Source of the DNA: Polyangiaceae bacterium
Lineage (GTDB): Bacteria; Myxococcota_A; Polyangia; Polyangiales; Polyangiaceae
Direction of reading: 5' to 3'
Length of the DNA stretch: 64,000 bases
Assembly (NCBI GenBank): GCA_044222475.1
Contig: JBGANF010000025.1
Coordinates: forward strand, 1 to 64,000
The notes under the pieces were generated by a model. That model saw nothing but the letters and a program-made list of their open reading frames with translations, did no database searches and had not been told where the DNA came from. The position numbers and the translations under genes were made by a program. This document shows, piece by piece, positions 34,772 to 45,567 of the stretch. How positions within the stretch are numbered: position 1 is the stretch's first letter; each line of letters starts with the position of its first letter.

Positions 34772-37046
34772 ATGGAACCCCCGCAAGCGCCCACGTCCCA
34801 GAGTCAGCTGACGCCGAACCCGCACAGCGTCGTGCCGACGTCCCAGAACGGCCAGAACGGCGCTGGCGTTGTGGAGCCCGACCTCCGCGCGCCGAACCTC
34901 TACCTGAACCGGGAGCTCTCGTGGCTCGAGTTCAACGGGCGCGTCCTCGCCGAGGCCGAAAACGAGTCGGTTCCGCTGCTCGAGCGCCTCAAGTTCCTCG
35001 CCATCGTCGCTTCGAACCTCGACGAGTTCTTCATGGTGCGCGTCGCCGGGCTCAAGCAGCAGCTCACCGGCGAGGTCAGCGAGCTCGGGCCCGACGGGAT
35101 GACCCCGGCCGAGGCGTTGAGCGCCATCGCCGAGCGCGTGCATCAGCTCGTCGAGGCGCAGGCGAAGTGCCTCGAGAACATCGTTCCGCAGCTCGCCAAC
35201 AACGGGATTCTGCTCGTGAAACCGGAGCAGCTCGACGAGGCCGAGCTGCGGACGCTCGACGCCCGGTTCGAGAGCGAGATCTTCCCGATCCTCACGCCGA
35301 TCGCCATCGACCCGGGTCACCCGTTCCCTCACCTCCGCAACAAGGCCCTGAACCTCGGCGTCATGTTCGATCGCGACGGCGGCGGCGAGTCGGCGTTCGG
35401 TGTCGTGCAGGTGCCGATGATGATCCCGCGCCTCATGGAGGTGTCGGGCGTCCGCACGCCGGACGGCCAGCCGGCGCGGCACGCGTTCGTCCTCGTCGAA
35501 GAGGTCATTGCGCGGCACGTCGGCGCGATCTTCCCGGGAGTGCGCTTGCGCGGCGTCTACGGGTTCCGCGTGACGCGCAACTTCGACATGGAGATCGACG
35601 AGGAAGAGGCGCAGGACCTCCTCCAGACGATCCAAGGAGCTCCGCCGGCGCGAGCGCGGAAACGCAGTCCGCCTCGAGGTCACCGGCGACGCGACGCCGT
35701 CGTCGCTCGCGAAGCTCGTCAAAGCGCTCAAGCTCGACCCCGATCGCGACGTGTACATCACGCGCGGCGTCCTCAACGTCGCCGACGTCATGCAGCTCGC
35801 GACCACCGGCGAGCGGCGCGACCTGCGCGACGAGCCGTTCGCGCCGCTGCAGGTGCCACCGCTGCGCGAGGCCGACGATCCGTTCGCGATCATCCGCGAG
35901 CAGGACGTCCTGATTCACCAGCCGTACGAGAGCTTCGAGCACGTCGTCGACTTCATCGCGCGCGCCGCCGACGATCCCGACGTCCTTGCCATCAAGCAGA
36001 CGCTCTACCGCGCCGGCGGCGACAGCCCGATCGTGAAGGCGCTCGCCCGCGCGGCCGAAGCCGGCAAGCAGGTCACCGCGATCGTCGAGCTCAAGGCGCG
36101 GTTCGACGAAGAGTCGAACATCCAGTGGGCGCGCACCCTGGAGCAGAGCGGCGTCAACGTGGTGTACGGCTTGTTGGGGCTGAAGACGCACGCGAAGTGC
36201 TCGCTGGTGATCCGTCGCGAGAAGGGCAAGCTGCGGCGCTACGTCCACCTGTCGACCGGCAACTACAACCCGACGACGGCCCGCTTCTACACGGACATCT
36301 CGTATTTGACGTGCCGCGAGGCGATCGGCGAGGACGCGTCGTCGCTGTTCAACCTGCTGACCGGTTACAGCGCGCCGCCGAAGTGGAAGTCGCTCATCGT
36401 CGCGCCGCTCGGCCTGCACGAGGCGGTGCTCGGGCTCATCGCGCGCGAGGCCGATCACGCGCGCAACGGTCGCCCGGCGAAGATCGTCGCGAAGATGAAC
36501 GCCCTCGTCGACGAGGACGTGATCGAGGCGCTCTACCGCGCGTCCCAGGCGGGCGTGGCCGTTACCCTTTTGGTACGAGGCATCTGCTGCTTGCGACCGG
36601 GGGTCCCGGGAGTGAGCGACAACATCGAGGTGCACGCGCTGGTCGACCGCTTCCTCGAGCACGGGCGCGTGTTCTCGTTCGCGAACGGCGGCAAGTCCGA
36701 GGTGTTCATCGCCAGCGCCGACTGGATGCCGCGAAACTTCCACCGCCGGGTGGAGCTCATGATCCCGATCGAGGACGCGAACCTCAAGGCGCGACTGACC
36801 GGGATCCTCGAGATCGAGGCGCAAGACTCGACGAAGGCGTGGCGCCTCCTGAGTGACGGTCGCTACGAGCGCGCGACGCCGCAGAACGGTGCGCCTGCCG
36901 TGCGAGCCCAGCAGCGCTTCATGGAGCTCGCGCGCGAGAAGGTGAAGGTCTTCGAGGCGAGCCAGCGGACGTCGGGTCGGTTCCAGCTGGCGCGCCCGCA
37001 GGTCCCGAAGCCCGAGCGGCGACCGCGGCCCGCGAAGAAACCCTGA
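34772..37046 (+). pseudogene. ppk1: Polyphosphate kinase 1 with a frameshift near 35636 (real or a sequencing error)
   Basis: YLNRELSWLEFN, SNLDEFFMVRVAG and HPFP in frame 1; ELRRRERGNAVRLEV, HQPYESF, KTHAK, STGNYN and SADWMPRN in the shifted frame. Confidence 0.92.
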
Positions 37047-37141
37047 TCGAGCGCCTCTGATGTTCGCGTCGCGCGTTCGGAATTGAACACGGAGCGCACT
37101 CGCCAGCCGAACCACCAAACCCAGAAAATCTTCCGTGCGGG

Positions 37142-38431
37142 CTAGACGAGTAGGTACAGGTTCCAAATCGCGTGCACCGCGATCGCGCAGACGATTCCTC
37201 CTTCTTCCAGCGTCAGACCGAACGCGATCCCCAGCACCACCGTCTGGTAGATCGCCGCTTGGTACACCCCGACGTGCGCCACCGCGAACAGCAGCGACGC
37301 GATCGCGATCGCTCCCGGCGCCCCCAGCCGCGCTCGCAGCGTTCGCTGCACTCCTCCTCGATAGATCAGCTCTTCGATGATCGGACCGAACACCACCGTC
37401 ATCCCCACGAACGCCAGACGCGCCTTCACCGCTTCGACCTGACGCGACGACTCCAGCGACTCCGCCTCGAAGAACCGCGCCCCCGTGTGCGCGAAGCCCT
37501 CGGGCGAGAGCATCTTCCACACCTCGCCGATGGATCCCGCCACGTGGTGCGCCAGGCCCGCGAGCCCGAAGGTTCGCACGAGCCCGTACGCGATCGACTC
37601 TCCCGTCGCCGGCCAACCCCGACGAAGCGCGCCCCGTAGCGAGCCGGCCACGAAGTACGACGCGATCGCACCGACCACGAGGAACACACCCGCCTGCTCC
37701 CACAGCGTGAGCCCGATCTTGCGCGCGACGAGCAGCGACGCCGGCAGCACGATCGCCGCCGCGATCGCACTTCGGATCGCCCGCGGATCGCTCTGTTCGT
37801 CCGTGCGCGGCACCTCGAGGTGCAAGCGCGCTGCGACCTCGGTCACGAGCCGCTCGCGCGCCGGCAATAGGAACGCGAGCGCCCCCGCCGCGATCGAGAT
37901 CGCAGGCGCGACCCAGATCATCGCGCTGAGCCCCTGACCCTTCGCCGACAGGATCATGAACACGTAACGCGCGCCCACCGCGAAGAAGACCAGCGACACC
38001 GCCCGCGGGCGCGGCGGCACCGGCCGGAGGAGCTCGATCGCGAGCGCGACGACGAGAAACGCATCGGCGACCATGCGCGCGCCGACCGCGGCTCCCTTGA
38101 CCCAGAGCTCGCGCTCGAGCTCGGTCACCACCAGCAGCGGCATCAACCCGGCGAGCATCCAGGTTCGCAGCGGGCGCGCGCGCTTGAGCGACGGGACCTC
38201 GAGCGCGCGAGCGAACGCGGCGAGCAGGCCGCCGTCGGTTCGCAGGGCCACCAGCAGCGGAACGAACGGTCCCTCCTTCTTTCGGGCCACGAGCGTCATG
38301 GCGTCGACCCGTGGCGCGCCGCCCTTCTCGGGCACCATGTCGGTGGGGAGAACGGGCTCGTCGTCCGCGGAAGGGGGCCCCTCGCCCGCTTTTCCTGGGG
38401 CGCTTTTCGCGCGGACGAAGACGGCAAGCAT
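37142..38431 (-). CDS. CPBP (Abi/CAAX) intramembrane metalloprotease
   Basis: EELIYRG, FAVAH and HAIWN motifs; multiple TM helices. Confidence 0.88.
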   Translation of the reverse strand: MLAVFVRAKSAPGKAGEGPPSADDEPVLPTDMVPEKGGAPRVDAMTLVARKKEGPFVPLLVALRTDGGLLAAFARALEVPSLKRARPLRTWMLAGLMPLLVVTELERELWVKGAAVGARMVADAFLVVALAIELLRPVPPRPRAVSLVFFAVGARYVFMILSAKGQGLSAMIWVAPAISIAAGALAFLLPARERLVTEVAARLHLEVPRTDEQSDPRAIRSAIAAAIVLPASLLVARKIGLTLWEQAGVFLVVGAIASYFVAGSLRGALRRGWPATGESIAYGLVRTFGLAGLAHHVAGSIGEVWKMLSPEGFAHTGARFFEAESLESSRQVEAVKARLAFVGMTVVFGPIIEELIYRGGVQRTLRARLGAPGAIAIASLLFAVAHVGVYQAAIYQTVVLGIAFGLTLEEGGIVCAIAVHAIWNLYLLV

Positions 38432-38484
38432 GTTCTTTCGCCGTTCTACCCTGCTTCCGCAGGTGACGGGCGGCGTCCTTTGTT

Positions 38485-38493
38485 TGCTAGAAT
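38485..38493 (+). promoter_or_regulatory. Extended -10-like element (TGcTAGAAT) just upstream of a small ORF
   Basis: TGN-TAGAAT lies 8 nt before GTG 38502, consistent with a leaderless transcript. Confidence 0.45.
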
Positions 38494-38501
38494 GCCCCCC
38501 G

Positions 38502-38633
38502 GTGCTCTACCTCAGCCGCGGCGAAATCATCCTGGTCGCGTTCGTGTTCGCCCTCGTCTACGGCGCGCTCGTGCTCCCGCGGCTCGCGGAGCGGTGGGGA
38601 AAGCGTTTCGCCGGCGGCAGTCGCAAGGAGTGA
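38502..38633 (+). CDS. Small TatA/E-like membrane protein (43 aa)
   Basis: MLYLSRGEIILVAFVFALVYGALVLPRLAERWGKRFAGGSRKE: TM helix, YG hinge, LP and an amphipathic helix. Confidence 0.6.
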   Translation: MLYLSRGEIILVAFVFALVYGALVLPRLAERWGKRFAGGSRKE

Positions 38634-38636
38634 CGG

Positions 38637-41165
38637 TTGGAGAGCGAAGGCAACGACCACGCTGAGCCATGGACCGTGTTCGTCAGCGACCCTTCGGTCG
38701 AGGCGGAGCGCGTGTCTCAAGCGTTGCGTGAGGCGAAGCTCCACGTCGTCGACGTTCCGCTGTCGATGCTCGTCGCGCGCGTGGCAGTACAGCGCCCCAA
38801 CGTCGTCCTCGTCGACGCCGACGCCGAAGGCGCGGTCGAGACGGTGGGACGCATGCGCGAGCTTCCGTCGTCCGACGCGATCGACGTGATCTTTTTGGGA
38901 CGAGCGGGCGAGGCCATGTCGACCTCGGAGGACGCGATCGCCAACGAAGGGAGCGGGTTCTTCTCGCGCCCGATCGATCCCGCCGCGGTCGTGAAGAAGA
39001 TCCAAGCGCTCGCCATGGGCGAGGCGCCCGCTCCCGCGCCCGAGCCGGTGGAGCCCCCGCCGCCGTCCGACGAGAAGCGCCCGCCGTCGAGCCCACCTCC
39101 TGCGTCGGCGCGCCCGCCGCCTCCTTCTTCACGACCACCGCCGCCCTCCGCGCGACCGCCGCCCCCTTCGTCCCGACCGCCGCCGTCGATGCGCTCGCCG
39201 ATCCCGAATCCGGCGCCGTCGCAGGCGCGCGTCAGCCTTCGAACCGGCATCAGCGAAGAGCTCGAGAACCTCTTGGCCGCAGCCGACGTGCGCGCGCAGG
39301 GTCACGGGTCGGCGGGTGATCTCGGCCTCGTGTCCCCCGAGGACGAGCTCGACGCCGTGTTGCCCGAAGCGATCTTGGCGGCGCTCGACACGCCGCTCGA
39401 CGACGACGCGGAAGAGGAAGAGGGCGAGCAGCACCGCGGCACCGGAGACGGGCGAAGCACGACCTCGCGCGGGCGAGCTGCGGCGTCGTCGGCCGAGGCA
39501 TCGGGATCGACCGGCGAAGAGGCCGCGCCCGAGCCGGTGACCAACGGCGGTGTCGGCACGAACGCGGGCTCGACCGGCGAAACGGGACAACGGGTCGAGG
39601 CGCAAGGCACGAGCGCGACCGGCCCCACCACCGGGTCGGGCACGTCGACGAGCCTCCGAAGCAACGAGAACACCGCATCGGCGACCGCGTCGCAGCAGCG
39701 CTCGGACCTGCACCCGTTCGGCGTCGCGCCGCCGCCCTCTCCGCCGGCCGCGACGCCGTTCACGCCGCGTCGTCCAAAGAGCTCCATCCCTCCGCCGTTC
39801 GGTGGTCCATCCGGTCAGCCCTCGGCGCCGCTGTCGCCGTTCCCATCGGCCGGCGTGCCGAGCGTCATGTCGACCACGCTCGGCAGCGAGATCCTCGTAC
39901 AAGCCGGCGGCATGCTGCTTCCCATGGTGCAGCTGCCCACGTCCGTCCCCGCGGGTCCTCCGCCGTCCCTCGAGCGGCGCCTCGAGCCGCCGCCCCCGCC
40001 GATGGCACCGCTGCCGGTCCCGTCTTTGCCGTTGAGTCCGCCGCAGCCGAGCTCGGCGGTCGCCAGCTCGGCGGTCGCGACGCCCCCGCTGTCGGGGCCG
40101 GAAGCGCCACCGACCGCACCCACCGCGCTCGGCCCGGGCGACGGACCGCGCGCGCTCGCTCGAGCGATCGCTCACCGCCAGTCGGGCTCGCTGACGTTCG
40201 AAGCGCCCGAAGGTGTTCGACGCGTGGTCCTCCGCGAAGGTGACATCATCACGGCGGCGTCGGGCATCGACGGCGAGTCGCTCCTCGCGTTCCTCGGCGC
40301 TCGAGGCGAGCTCCCGCGCGAGCGCATCGAGGCGCTCTCGGGTCGCTTGCCACCGTATGGACGCCACGCCGGTGCAGCGCTCGTCGCCCAAGGCGCTCTC
40401 GCTCAGGATCAGCTCTGGCCCGTGCTTCGCGCGCACGCCGAGTGGATCATGGCGCAAGCGCTGTCGCTCACGCGGGGTTCGTCGTTCCTCGATCCGGAGC
40501 CGCCCGGACGACTGCGCAACGAGCCGAGCGTGTTCGGCGGCTCGCCCGGCGCCGAGGTCTTCGTCGAGGTGATCCGACGATCGATCGACGAGCCGACGGC
40601 GACCGCCGCGCTCGGCGGTCGCGACACGACGTTCGCGGAGGGACCGCGCGCCACGCTCCTCAACGAGTGCGGGCTCGGCGGCGCCGAGCTCGATGCGATC
40701 CGCAGCGTCATCGGCGCGCGCCTCGACGAGGTCGTCGCGCGATTCCCCCAGACCGACGTCACTCAAGTCCTGTACGCGCTCGCGCTCCTCGGGATCGTCG
40801 TCGTCGTGCGCCCCGCGTTCGCGAACCTCAAGTCCGGCGCGCGCGCTCCGCGCGTCGTCGAAGCGGACGCGATGGACAACGCCGCCCTGCGCGAGCGCAT
40901 CCGCGCGCGCATCGATCTCGTCGAGGAAGGCGACTACTTCGCGCTCCTCGGCGTCATGCGCAACGCGACGAGCTACGAGATAAGGCGCGCCTACCTCGAC
41001 CTGCGACGCGCGTTCGAGCCCGCCGCCGTCCTCACTCCGGCGACCCTCGACCTCGCGGAGGACGTCCGCCGCATCGTCGCCGTCCTCGACGAGGCCTACG
41101 AGATCCTCGGAGACAACGCGCGACGAGAGCGATACCGCCGAGCGATCGACGACAGCCCGAATTGA
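38637..41165 (+). CDS. Atypical receiver domain - Pro/Ser-rich linker - DUF4388-like - J-like domain protein
   Basis: PNVVLVD and FFSRP receiver-like motifs; C-terminal DYFALLGV..EIRRAY..AFEP..EAYEIL..RERY. Confidence 0.85.
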   Translation: MESEGNDHAEPWTVFVSDPSVEAERVSQALREAKLHVVDVPLSMLVARVAVQRPNVVLVDADAEGAVETVGRMRELPSSDAIDVIFLGRAGEAMSTSEDAIANEGSGFFSRPIDPAAVVKKIQALAMGEAPAPAPEPVEPPPPSDEKRPPSSPPPASARPPPPSSRPPPPSARPPPPSSRPPPSMRSPIPNPAPSQARVSLRTGISEELENLLAAADVRAQGHGSAGDLGLVSPEDELDAVLPEAILAALDTPLDDDAEEEEGEQHRGTGDGRSTTSRGRAAASSAEASGSTGEEAAPEPVTNGGVGTNAGSTGETGQRVEAQGTSATGPTTGSGTSTSLRSNENTASATASQQRSDLHPFGVAPPPSPPAATPFTPRRPKSSIPPPFGGPSGQPSAPLSPFPSAGVPSVMSTTLGSEILVQAGGMLLPMVQLPTSVPAGPPPSLERRLEPPPPPMAPLPVPSLPLSPPQPSSAVASSAVATPPLSGPEAPPTAPTALGPGDGPRALARAIAHRQSGSLTFEAPEGVRRVVLREGDIITAASGIDGESLLAFLGARGELPRERIEALSGRLPPYGRHAGAALVAQGALAQDQLWPVLRAHAEWIMAQALSLTRGSSFLDPEPPGRLRNEPSVFGGSPGAEVFVEVIRRSIDEPTATAALGGRDTTFAEGPRATLLNECGLGGAELDAIRSVIGARLDEVVARFPQTDVTQVLYALALLGIVVVVRPAFANLKSGARAPRVVEADAMDNAALRERIRARIDLVEEGDYFALLGVMRNATSYEIRRAYLDLRRAFEPAAVLTPATLDLAEDVRRIVAVLDEAYEILGDNARRERYRRAIDDSPN

Positions 41166-41171
41166 AGGGCG

Positions 41172-42098
41172 TCAGAACGTCGCCGACACGATCGGGACCG
41201 ACCAGGGCGTCGCTGGTATTACGGGGCGCTCCCCGTACCACGTCGGGCGGCGGACCCAATCAGGACCGGCCGATTGAACGGGCGCGCCGAATTGTCCCAC
41301 TTTGGTACGAAGATTTCCGCCGAGGAGAACGGCGCCGATCACCGTACCGACCGCGCCGACGCCCATGGTGACGAACCCGGCGGCCATCATCCCCGAGCCG
41401 TTGTTGTCCTGCACGCACGGGGGGGCGGAACAGTAGGTCACCGAGCGGCTCTCCGCCCAACCGAGGAGCGTGACGACCACGCCCACGAGGAACACGACCG
41501 GCCCGACCGTGACGAGCGTGATCCCGAGCGCGAATCCGCCGGTGGACGCGCGGTCGACGTCGAGGCTGACGCGACCGTTCTGCGGAGACACGACGAACGG
41601 CTTCGACCGTCGCGTGCCTGGACCTCCGATTCGATAGAGCGACCCGACCGGGAGCGGTGCGTCGCACGGTGACTCGCAGACGGGCTGCCACGCACCTTCG
41701 GCCCACTCGCGCTCGAGGAGCACCGGCACCGGAGAGTCGATGTGGATCACCGTCGTGGGCCCGGCTTGGGGCGGCGGAGGTGCGACCGGCGGCGTGACCG
41801 GCGGCGGAGTGACCGGCGGCGGCGCCACGCGAGGCGCCTCTTCGACCCGCTCGATGACGTCCCAGATGATCGTGGCGATCTTCCCGCCCTCGACCTGGAT
41901 GCGCACGCGCTGATTCGTGATGACCTCGATGAGCGTGCCGCGAATCGTCGTCCCGTCTTTCAGGATGACGGCGTCGGATCCGGCGCTCTGCGCTGCCGGA
42001 GGAGGGGCCACCGCTTGGGCGCGCGCTGCGCTGGCTGAGCAAAACACCACGATCGCCGCGAGCGCACCGCGCGCTCGCCGAGCATTCAAGTCGAGCAT
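41172..42098 (-). CDS. Hypothetical exported protein
   Basis: Signal peptide, DAVILKDGTTIRG, VCESPCD and C-terminal hydrophobic helices. Confidence 0.75.
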   Translation of the reverse strand: MLDLNARRARGALAAIVVFCSASAARAQAVAPPPAAQSAGSDAVILKDGTTIRGTLIEVITNQRVRIQVEGGKIATIIWDVIERVEEAPRVAPPPVTPPPVTPPVAPPPPQAGPTTVIHIDSPVPVLLEREWAEGAWQPVCESPCDAPLPVGSLYRIGGPGTRRSKPFVVSPQNGRVSLDVDRASTGGFALGITLVTVGPVVFLVGVVVTLLGWAESRSVTYCSAPPCVQDNNGSGMMAAGFVTMGVGAVGTVIGAVLLGGNLRTKVGQFGAPVQSAGPDWVRRPTWYGERPVIPATPWSVPIVSATF

Positions 42099-42141
42099 GT
42101 CAACCTCGGTCCGGCCGCGTCCATCCTACCGCGGTTCGGTC

Positions 42142-42393
42142 CTAAGGTCCGTAGACAGAATGCCCCGGCGGGATCTCCCATCGCCCAGGCACCCACACGT
42201 TCTCCGTCCCGTTCCAGTGCCAGTGCCCGGGAACCCACGCCGCGTCGGGAGAAGGCGGCTTGCCTGGCGGGTCGTTCACTCCGGCCGGCACGGGAGGCGT
42301 CTCCGCACGACGGGGAGGGAGCGGCGCCGCCGTCGCGACACAGCCGGTGAGCACGAGGAGCGCGGTAACGATGGACGGCGCGCGTTTCGTCAC
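42142..42393 (-). CDS. Small lipoprotein with YXWGXW-like repeats
   Basis: LTGC lipobox; WVPGHW..WVPGRW. Confidence 0.8.
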   Translation of the reverse strand: MTKRAPSIVTALLVLTGCVATAAPLPPRRAETPPVPAGVNDPPGKPPSPDAAWVPGHWHWNGTENVWVPGRWEIPPGHSVYGP

Positions 42394-42453
42394 GAATCAG
42401 GCGTCTAGCACACCGGTTTCCCCCCGGTCGGTTTCTTCGTACCATCGCGCGGA

Positions 42454-43617
42454 ATGCCCAAGCTCGAAGAGCAACTCGCGAACTTGCCACCGGACGTCCG
42501 CGCGCTCCTCGAGGCCCACGCGTTCGACGCGGCGCGGGTGATCGCGCTCGCCGCCGATCTCCAGACGTCGACGTCCGCGGACGAGCGACGCGACACGCGG
42601 AACCGCGTCCGAGGCGAAGCGCGCGCGCCCTCCGCCGACGAGCTGCTCGAGCTCCCCGCGGTCGGCAGCCCCGAGCACGCTCGCCTACGCGAGGTGGGCC
42701 TCGCGAGCATGCGCCGCGGCGAGCTCGCGTTCTGCGTGATGGCCGGCGGCATGGCGACGCGCATGGGCGGCGTCGTGAAGGCGCTCGTCGAAGCGTTCGA
42801 CGGGATGACCTTCCTCGACGTGCGTCTTCGCGAGAACGCGGTCCTGAGCGAGCGCGCCGGACGACCCGTCCCGCTGTGGCTCATGACGAGCGACGCGACC
42901 GAGGCTCCGCTGCGCGCCGCCCTCGCCGAGCGCGGCGCGGGATCGCACGTGGCCACGTTCTCGCAGAACCTCGGCATCCGACTCGATCCCAAGGGCGACG
43001 TCTTCCTCGACGACGAAGGGAAGCCGAGCACCCACGCGACCGGTCACGGCGATCTGCCCGATGCGCTGAAGCGGTCCGGGCTGCTTCACGCGTTCGTGAA
43101 GGGCGGCGGGAAGACGGTGTGGATCACCAACGTCGACAACCTCGGCGCCACCGTCGACGAGGCGATCCTCGGCCTCTTCCTCGAGCGCACGAACGCGGAC
43201 GTCATGGTCGAGGTCTGCCCGAAAGCCAAGGGCGACAAGGGTGGAATCCCGGTGCACGCCGAAGGGCGCCTCCAGGTGCTCGAAGAGTTCCGCCTGCCTC
43301 GCGGCTTCGATGCGGAGTCGGTGCGCGTGTTCAACACGAATACCTTCTTGGTACGAGCGGAGAGCCTGGAGAAGACGGCGATCCCGTGGACCTACTTCGA
43401 GGTCGAGAAGAAGGTCGACGGCCGCCCGGCGATTCAGCTCGAGCGTCTCCTCCAAGAGCTCACCGCGCACCTCCCTTCGACCTACCTCCGCGTCTCGCGC
43501 GAGGGGACGGCGTCGCGCTTCGAGCCAGTGAAGGACATGGACGAGCTCGCTCGCCGACGCGACGCGATCCGCGCCATCGCTCGAGCACGGGGAATCACGG
43601 GGAAGGGACGACCATGA
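42454..43617 (+). CDS. UDP-sugar pyrophosphorylase (UDPGP family)
   Basis: MAGGMATRMG..K, LMTS, TGHGD, NVDNLGA, KGG and FNTN motifs. Confidence 0.88.
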   Translation: MPKLEEQLANLPPDVRALLEAHAFDAARVIALAADLQTSTSADERRDTRNRVRGEARAPSADELLELPAVGSPEHARLREVGLASMRRGELAFCVMAGGMATRMGGVVKALVEAFDGMTFLDVRLRENAVLSERAGRPVPLWLMTSDATEAPLRAALAERGAGSHVATFSQNLGIRLDPKGDVFLDDEGKPSTHATGHGDLPDALKRSGLLHAFVKGGGKTVWITNVDNLGATVDEAILGLFLERTNADVMVEVCPKAKGDKGGIPVHAEGRLQVLEEFRLPRGFDAESVRVFNTNTFLVRAESLEKTAIPWTYFEVEKKVDGRPAIQLERLLQELTAHLPSTYLRVSREGTASRFEPVKDMDELARRRDAIRAIARARGITGKGRP

Positions 43618-45560
43618 CGACCGAGATTCTCTCTTCCATCGCGAGCGAGCTCCTCGCCGATCCGCGGCTCGCCGCCGACGTCGTGACGCGCCCCCACCCG
43701 CTCCTCGTGCTCGTCGCCCGGGGCGAGCTGTCGGTGGTGATCACGGTGGGCTCCGTATGGGACCGCGGGCGCGAGCTGCTCGTCCCGTTCACCGACCGCG
43801 TCGCCGCCGGCACGTGCCTGATCGTCGTCCTCGGTCAGCCCGAGGAGAAGGACTTCTCGACCGCGCTCGAGAAGGGTCTCGCGAGCGTCCTCGCAGCACA
43901 CCCCGGCCCGAACGAGGTCTACGTCGCGATCCAGCGCGCGCTCGAGCTGCTCGACACGAAGAGCCGCGCCGAGCGCCGCGGCAAGTGGCTGCGCCGCTAT
44001 CGATACGAGCTCGGCGAGCTCGTCAACATCGCGCGCGCGATGACGACCGAGCGCTCGCTCGACCGCCTCTTCTCCGTCATCCTCGAGAAGAGCCGCTACG
44101 TCACCGGCGCAGACGCCGGCAGCCTCTACGTCGTGGAGGGCGAAGAGAAGAACGCTCGCCTGCGCTTCAAGCTCACCCAGAACGACTCGCTCAGCTTCGA
44201 CTCGCGCGAGTTCACGATGCCGATCTCGAACCGCAGCATCGCGGGCACCGTCGCGCTGTCGAAGAAACCGCTGAACCTCCCCGACGTCTACGATCTCCCG
44301 AAGGGATCGTCGTTCAGCTTCGATCGCAGCTTCGACGAACGCATCGGGTACCGCACCAAGTCGATGCTCGTCATGCCGCTCATCTCCCAGCGGGACGAGG
44401 TCATCGGCGTCATCCAGCTGATCAACAAGAAGCGCGAGCCCGAGAAGAAGGTCACCAGCGCCGCCGAGGTCGAAGATCAGGTCATCCCGTTCGACGAGCG
44501 CAGCGAAGAGCTCCTCGGCATGGTCGCCGCCCAAGCCGGCGTCTCGCTCGAGAACACGATCCTCTACGACGAGATCCGCCAGCTCTTCGAGGGCTTCGTC
44601 AAAGCGAGCGTCGAAGCGATCGAGTCTCGCGACCCGACGACCAGCGGTCACTCGCGTCGCGTCGCCGATCTCACGGTCGAGCTCGCGAAGGTCGTCGACA
44701 GCGCGGTGGACGGCCCCTACCGCGACTGGCGCTGCAGCCGCGAGGATCTCCGCGAGCTCGAGTACGCCAGCCTGCTGCACGACTTCGGCAAGATCGGCGT
44801 TCGCGAGAAGGTGCTCGTCAAAGCGAAGAAGCTCTACGACGAGTCGCTCGAGAACATCCGCGGCCGGTTCGACTTCGTCACGCGCAGCATCGAGGCCGAC
44901 ATCCTCACCCGCAAGGTTCACCTCCTCGAACGAGGCGGCAACAAGGACGACCTCCGCGAGCTCGACGCCGAGCTCGTGCGCAGAGTGAAGGAGCTCGACG
45001 AGGCGTGGGCGGCGATCCTCTCGGCCAACGAGCCGACGGTCCTCGCAGCCGGTGACTTCGCCAAGATCGAGCTCATCGCGAAGGAGACCTACTCCGACAT
45101 CCGGGGTGACGTGCATCGCCTGCTCAACGACGACGAGGTGTTGGCCCTCTCCGTGAAGCGCGGCTCGCTCACCCCGTCCGAGTTCGACGAGATCCGCAGC
45201 CACGTCACCCACACGTTCAAGTTCCTGTCGCGGATCCCCTGGGGGAAGGCCTTCGCGCGCGTGCCCTCGATCGCCGGGGCACACCACGAGAAGCTCAACG
45301 GCACGGGCTACCCCAACCGGCTCCGCTCCGAAGAGATCCCGGTCCAGTCGAAGATGATGAGCATCTCCGACATCTACGACGCGCTCACCGCGAGCGACCG
45401 CCCCTACAAGAAGGCCGTGCCGCTCGAGAAGGCGCTCGACATCCTCCACTTCAGCGTGAAGGACGAGCACCTCGACGGGGAGCTCGTCCGCATCTTCCGC
45501 GAAGCGAAGGTCTGGGAGCGCGCGGCCGAACAATCGCCCGTGTCCATCGTCCGCCGCTGA
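43614..45560 (+). CDS. GAF + HD-GYP cyclic-dinucleotide phosphodiesterase
   Basis: GAF (YRTKSML, QLINK), TSGHSRRV, LHDFGK, HHEKLNGTGYP and DRPYK. ATGA overlap with the upstream gene. Confidence 0.93.
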   Translation: MTTEILSSIASELLADPRLAADVVTRPHPLLVLVARGELSVVITVGSVWDRGRELLVPFTDRVAAGTCLIVVLGQPEEKDFSTALEKGLASVLAAHPGPNEVYVAIQRALELLDTKSRAERRGKWLRRYRYELGELVNIARAMTTERSLDRLFSVILEKSRYVTGADAGSLYVVEGEEKNARLRFKLTQNDSLSFDSREFTMPISNRSIAGTVALSKKPLNLPDVYDLPKGSSFSFDRSFDERIGYRTKSMLVMPLISQRDEVIGVIQLINKKREPEKKVTSAAEVEDQVIPFDERSEELLGMVAAQAGVSLENTILYDEIRQLFEGFVKASVEAIESRDPTTSGHSRRVADLTVELAKVVDSAVDGPYRDWRCSREDLRELEYASLLHDFGKIGVREKVLVKAKKLYDESLENIRGRFDFVTRSIEADILTRKVHLLERGGNKDDLRELDAELVRRVKELDEAWAAILSANEPTVLAAGDFAKIELIAKETYSDIRGDVHRLLNDDEVLALSVKRGSLTPSEFDEIRSHVTHTFKFLSRIPWGKAFARVPSIAGAHHEKLNGTGYPNRLRSEEIPVQSKMMSISDIYDALTASDRPYKKAVPLEKALDILHFSVKDEHLDGELVRIFREAKVWERAAEQSPVSIVRR

Positions 45561-45567
45561 CCCACCG

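Noticed and set aside
39040..39200. Repetitive CCGCCG-rich tract
   Set aside because: Encodes a Pro/Ser-rich linker (RPPPPS repeats) inside a CDS.
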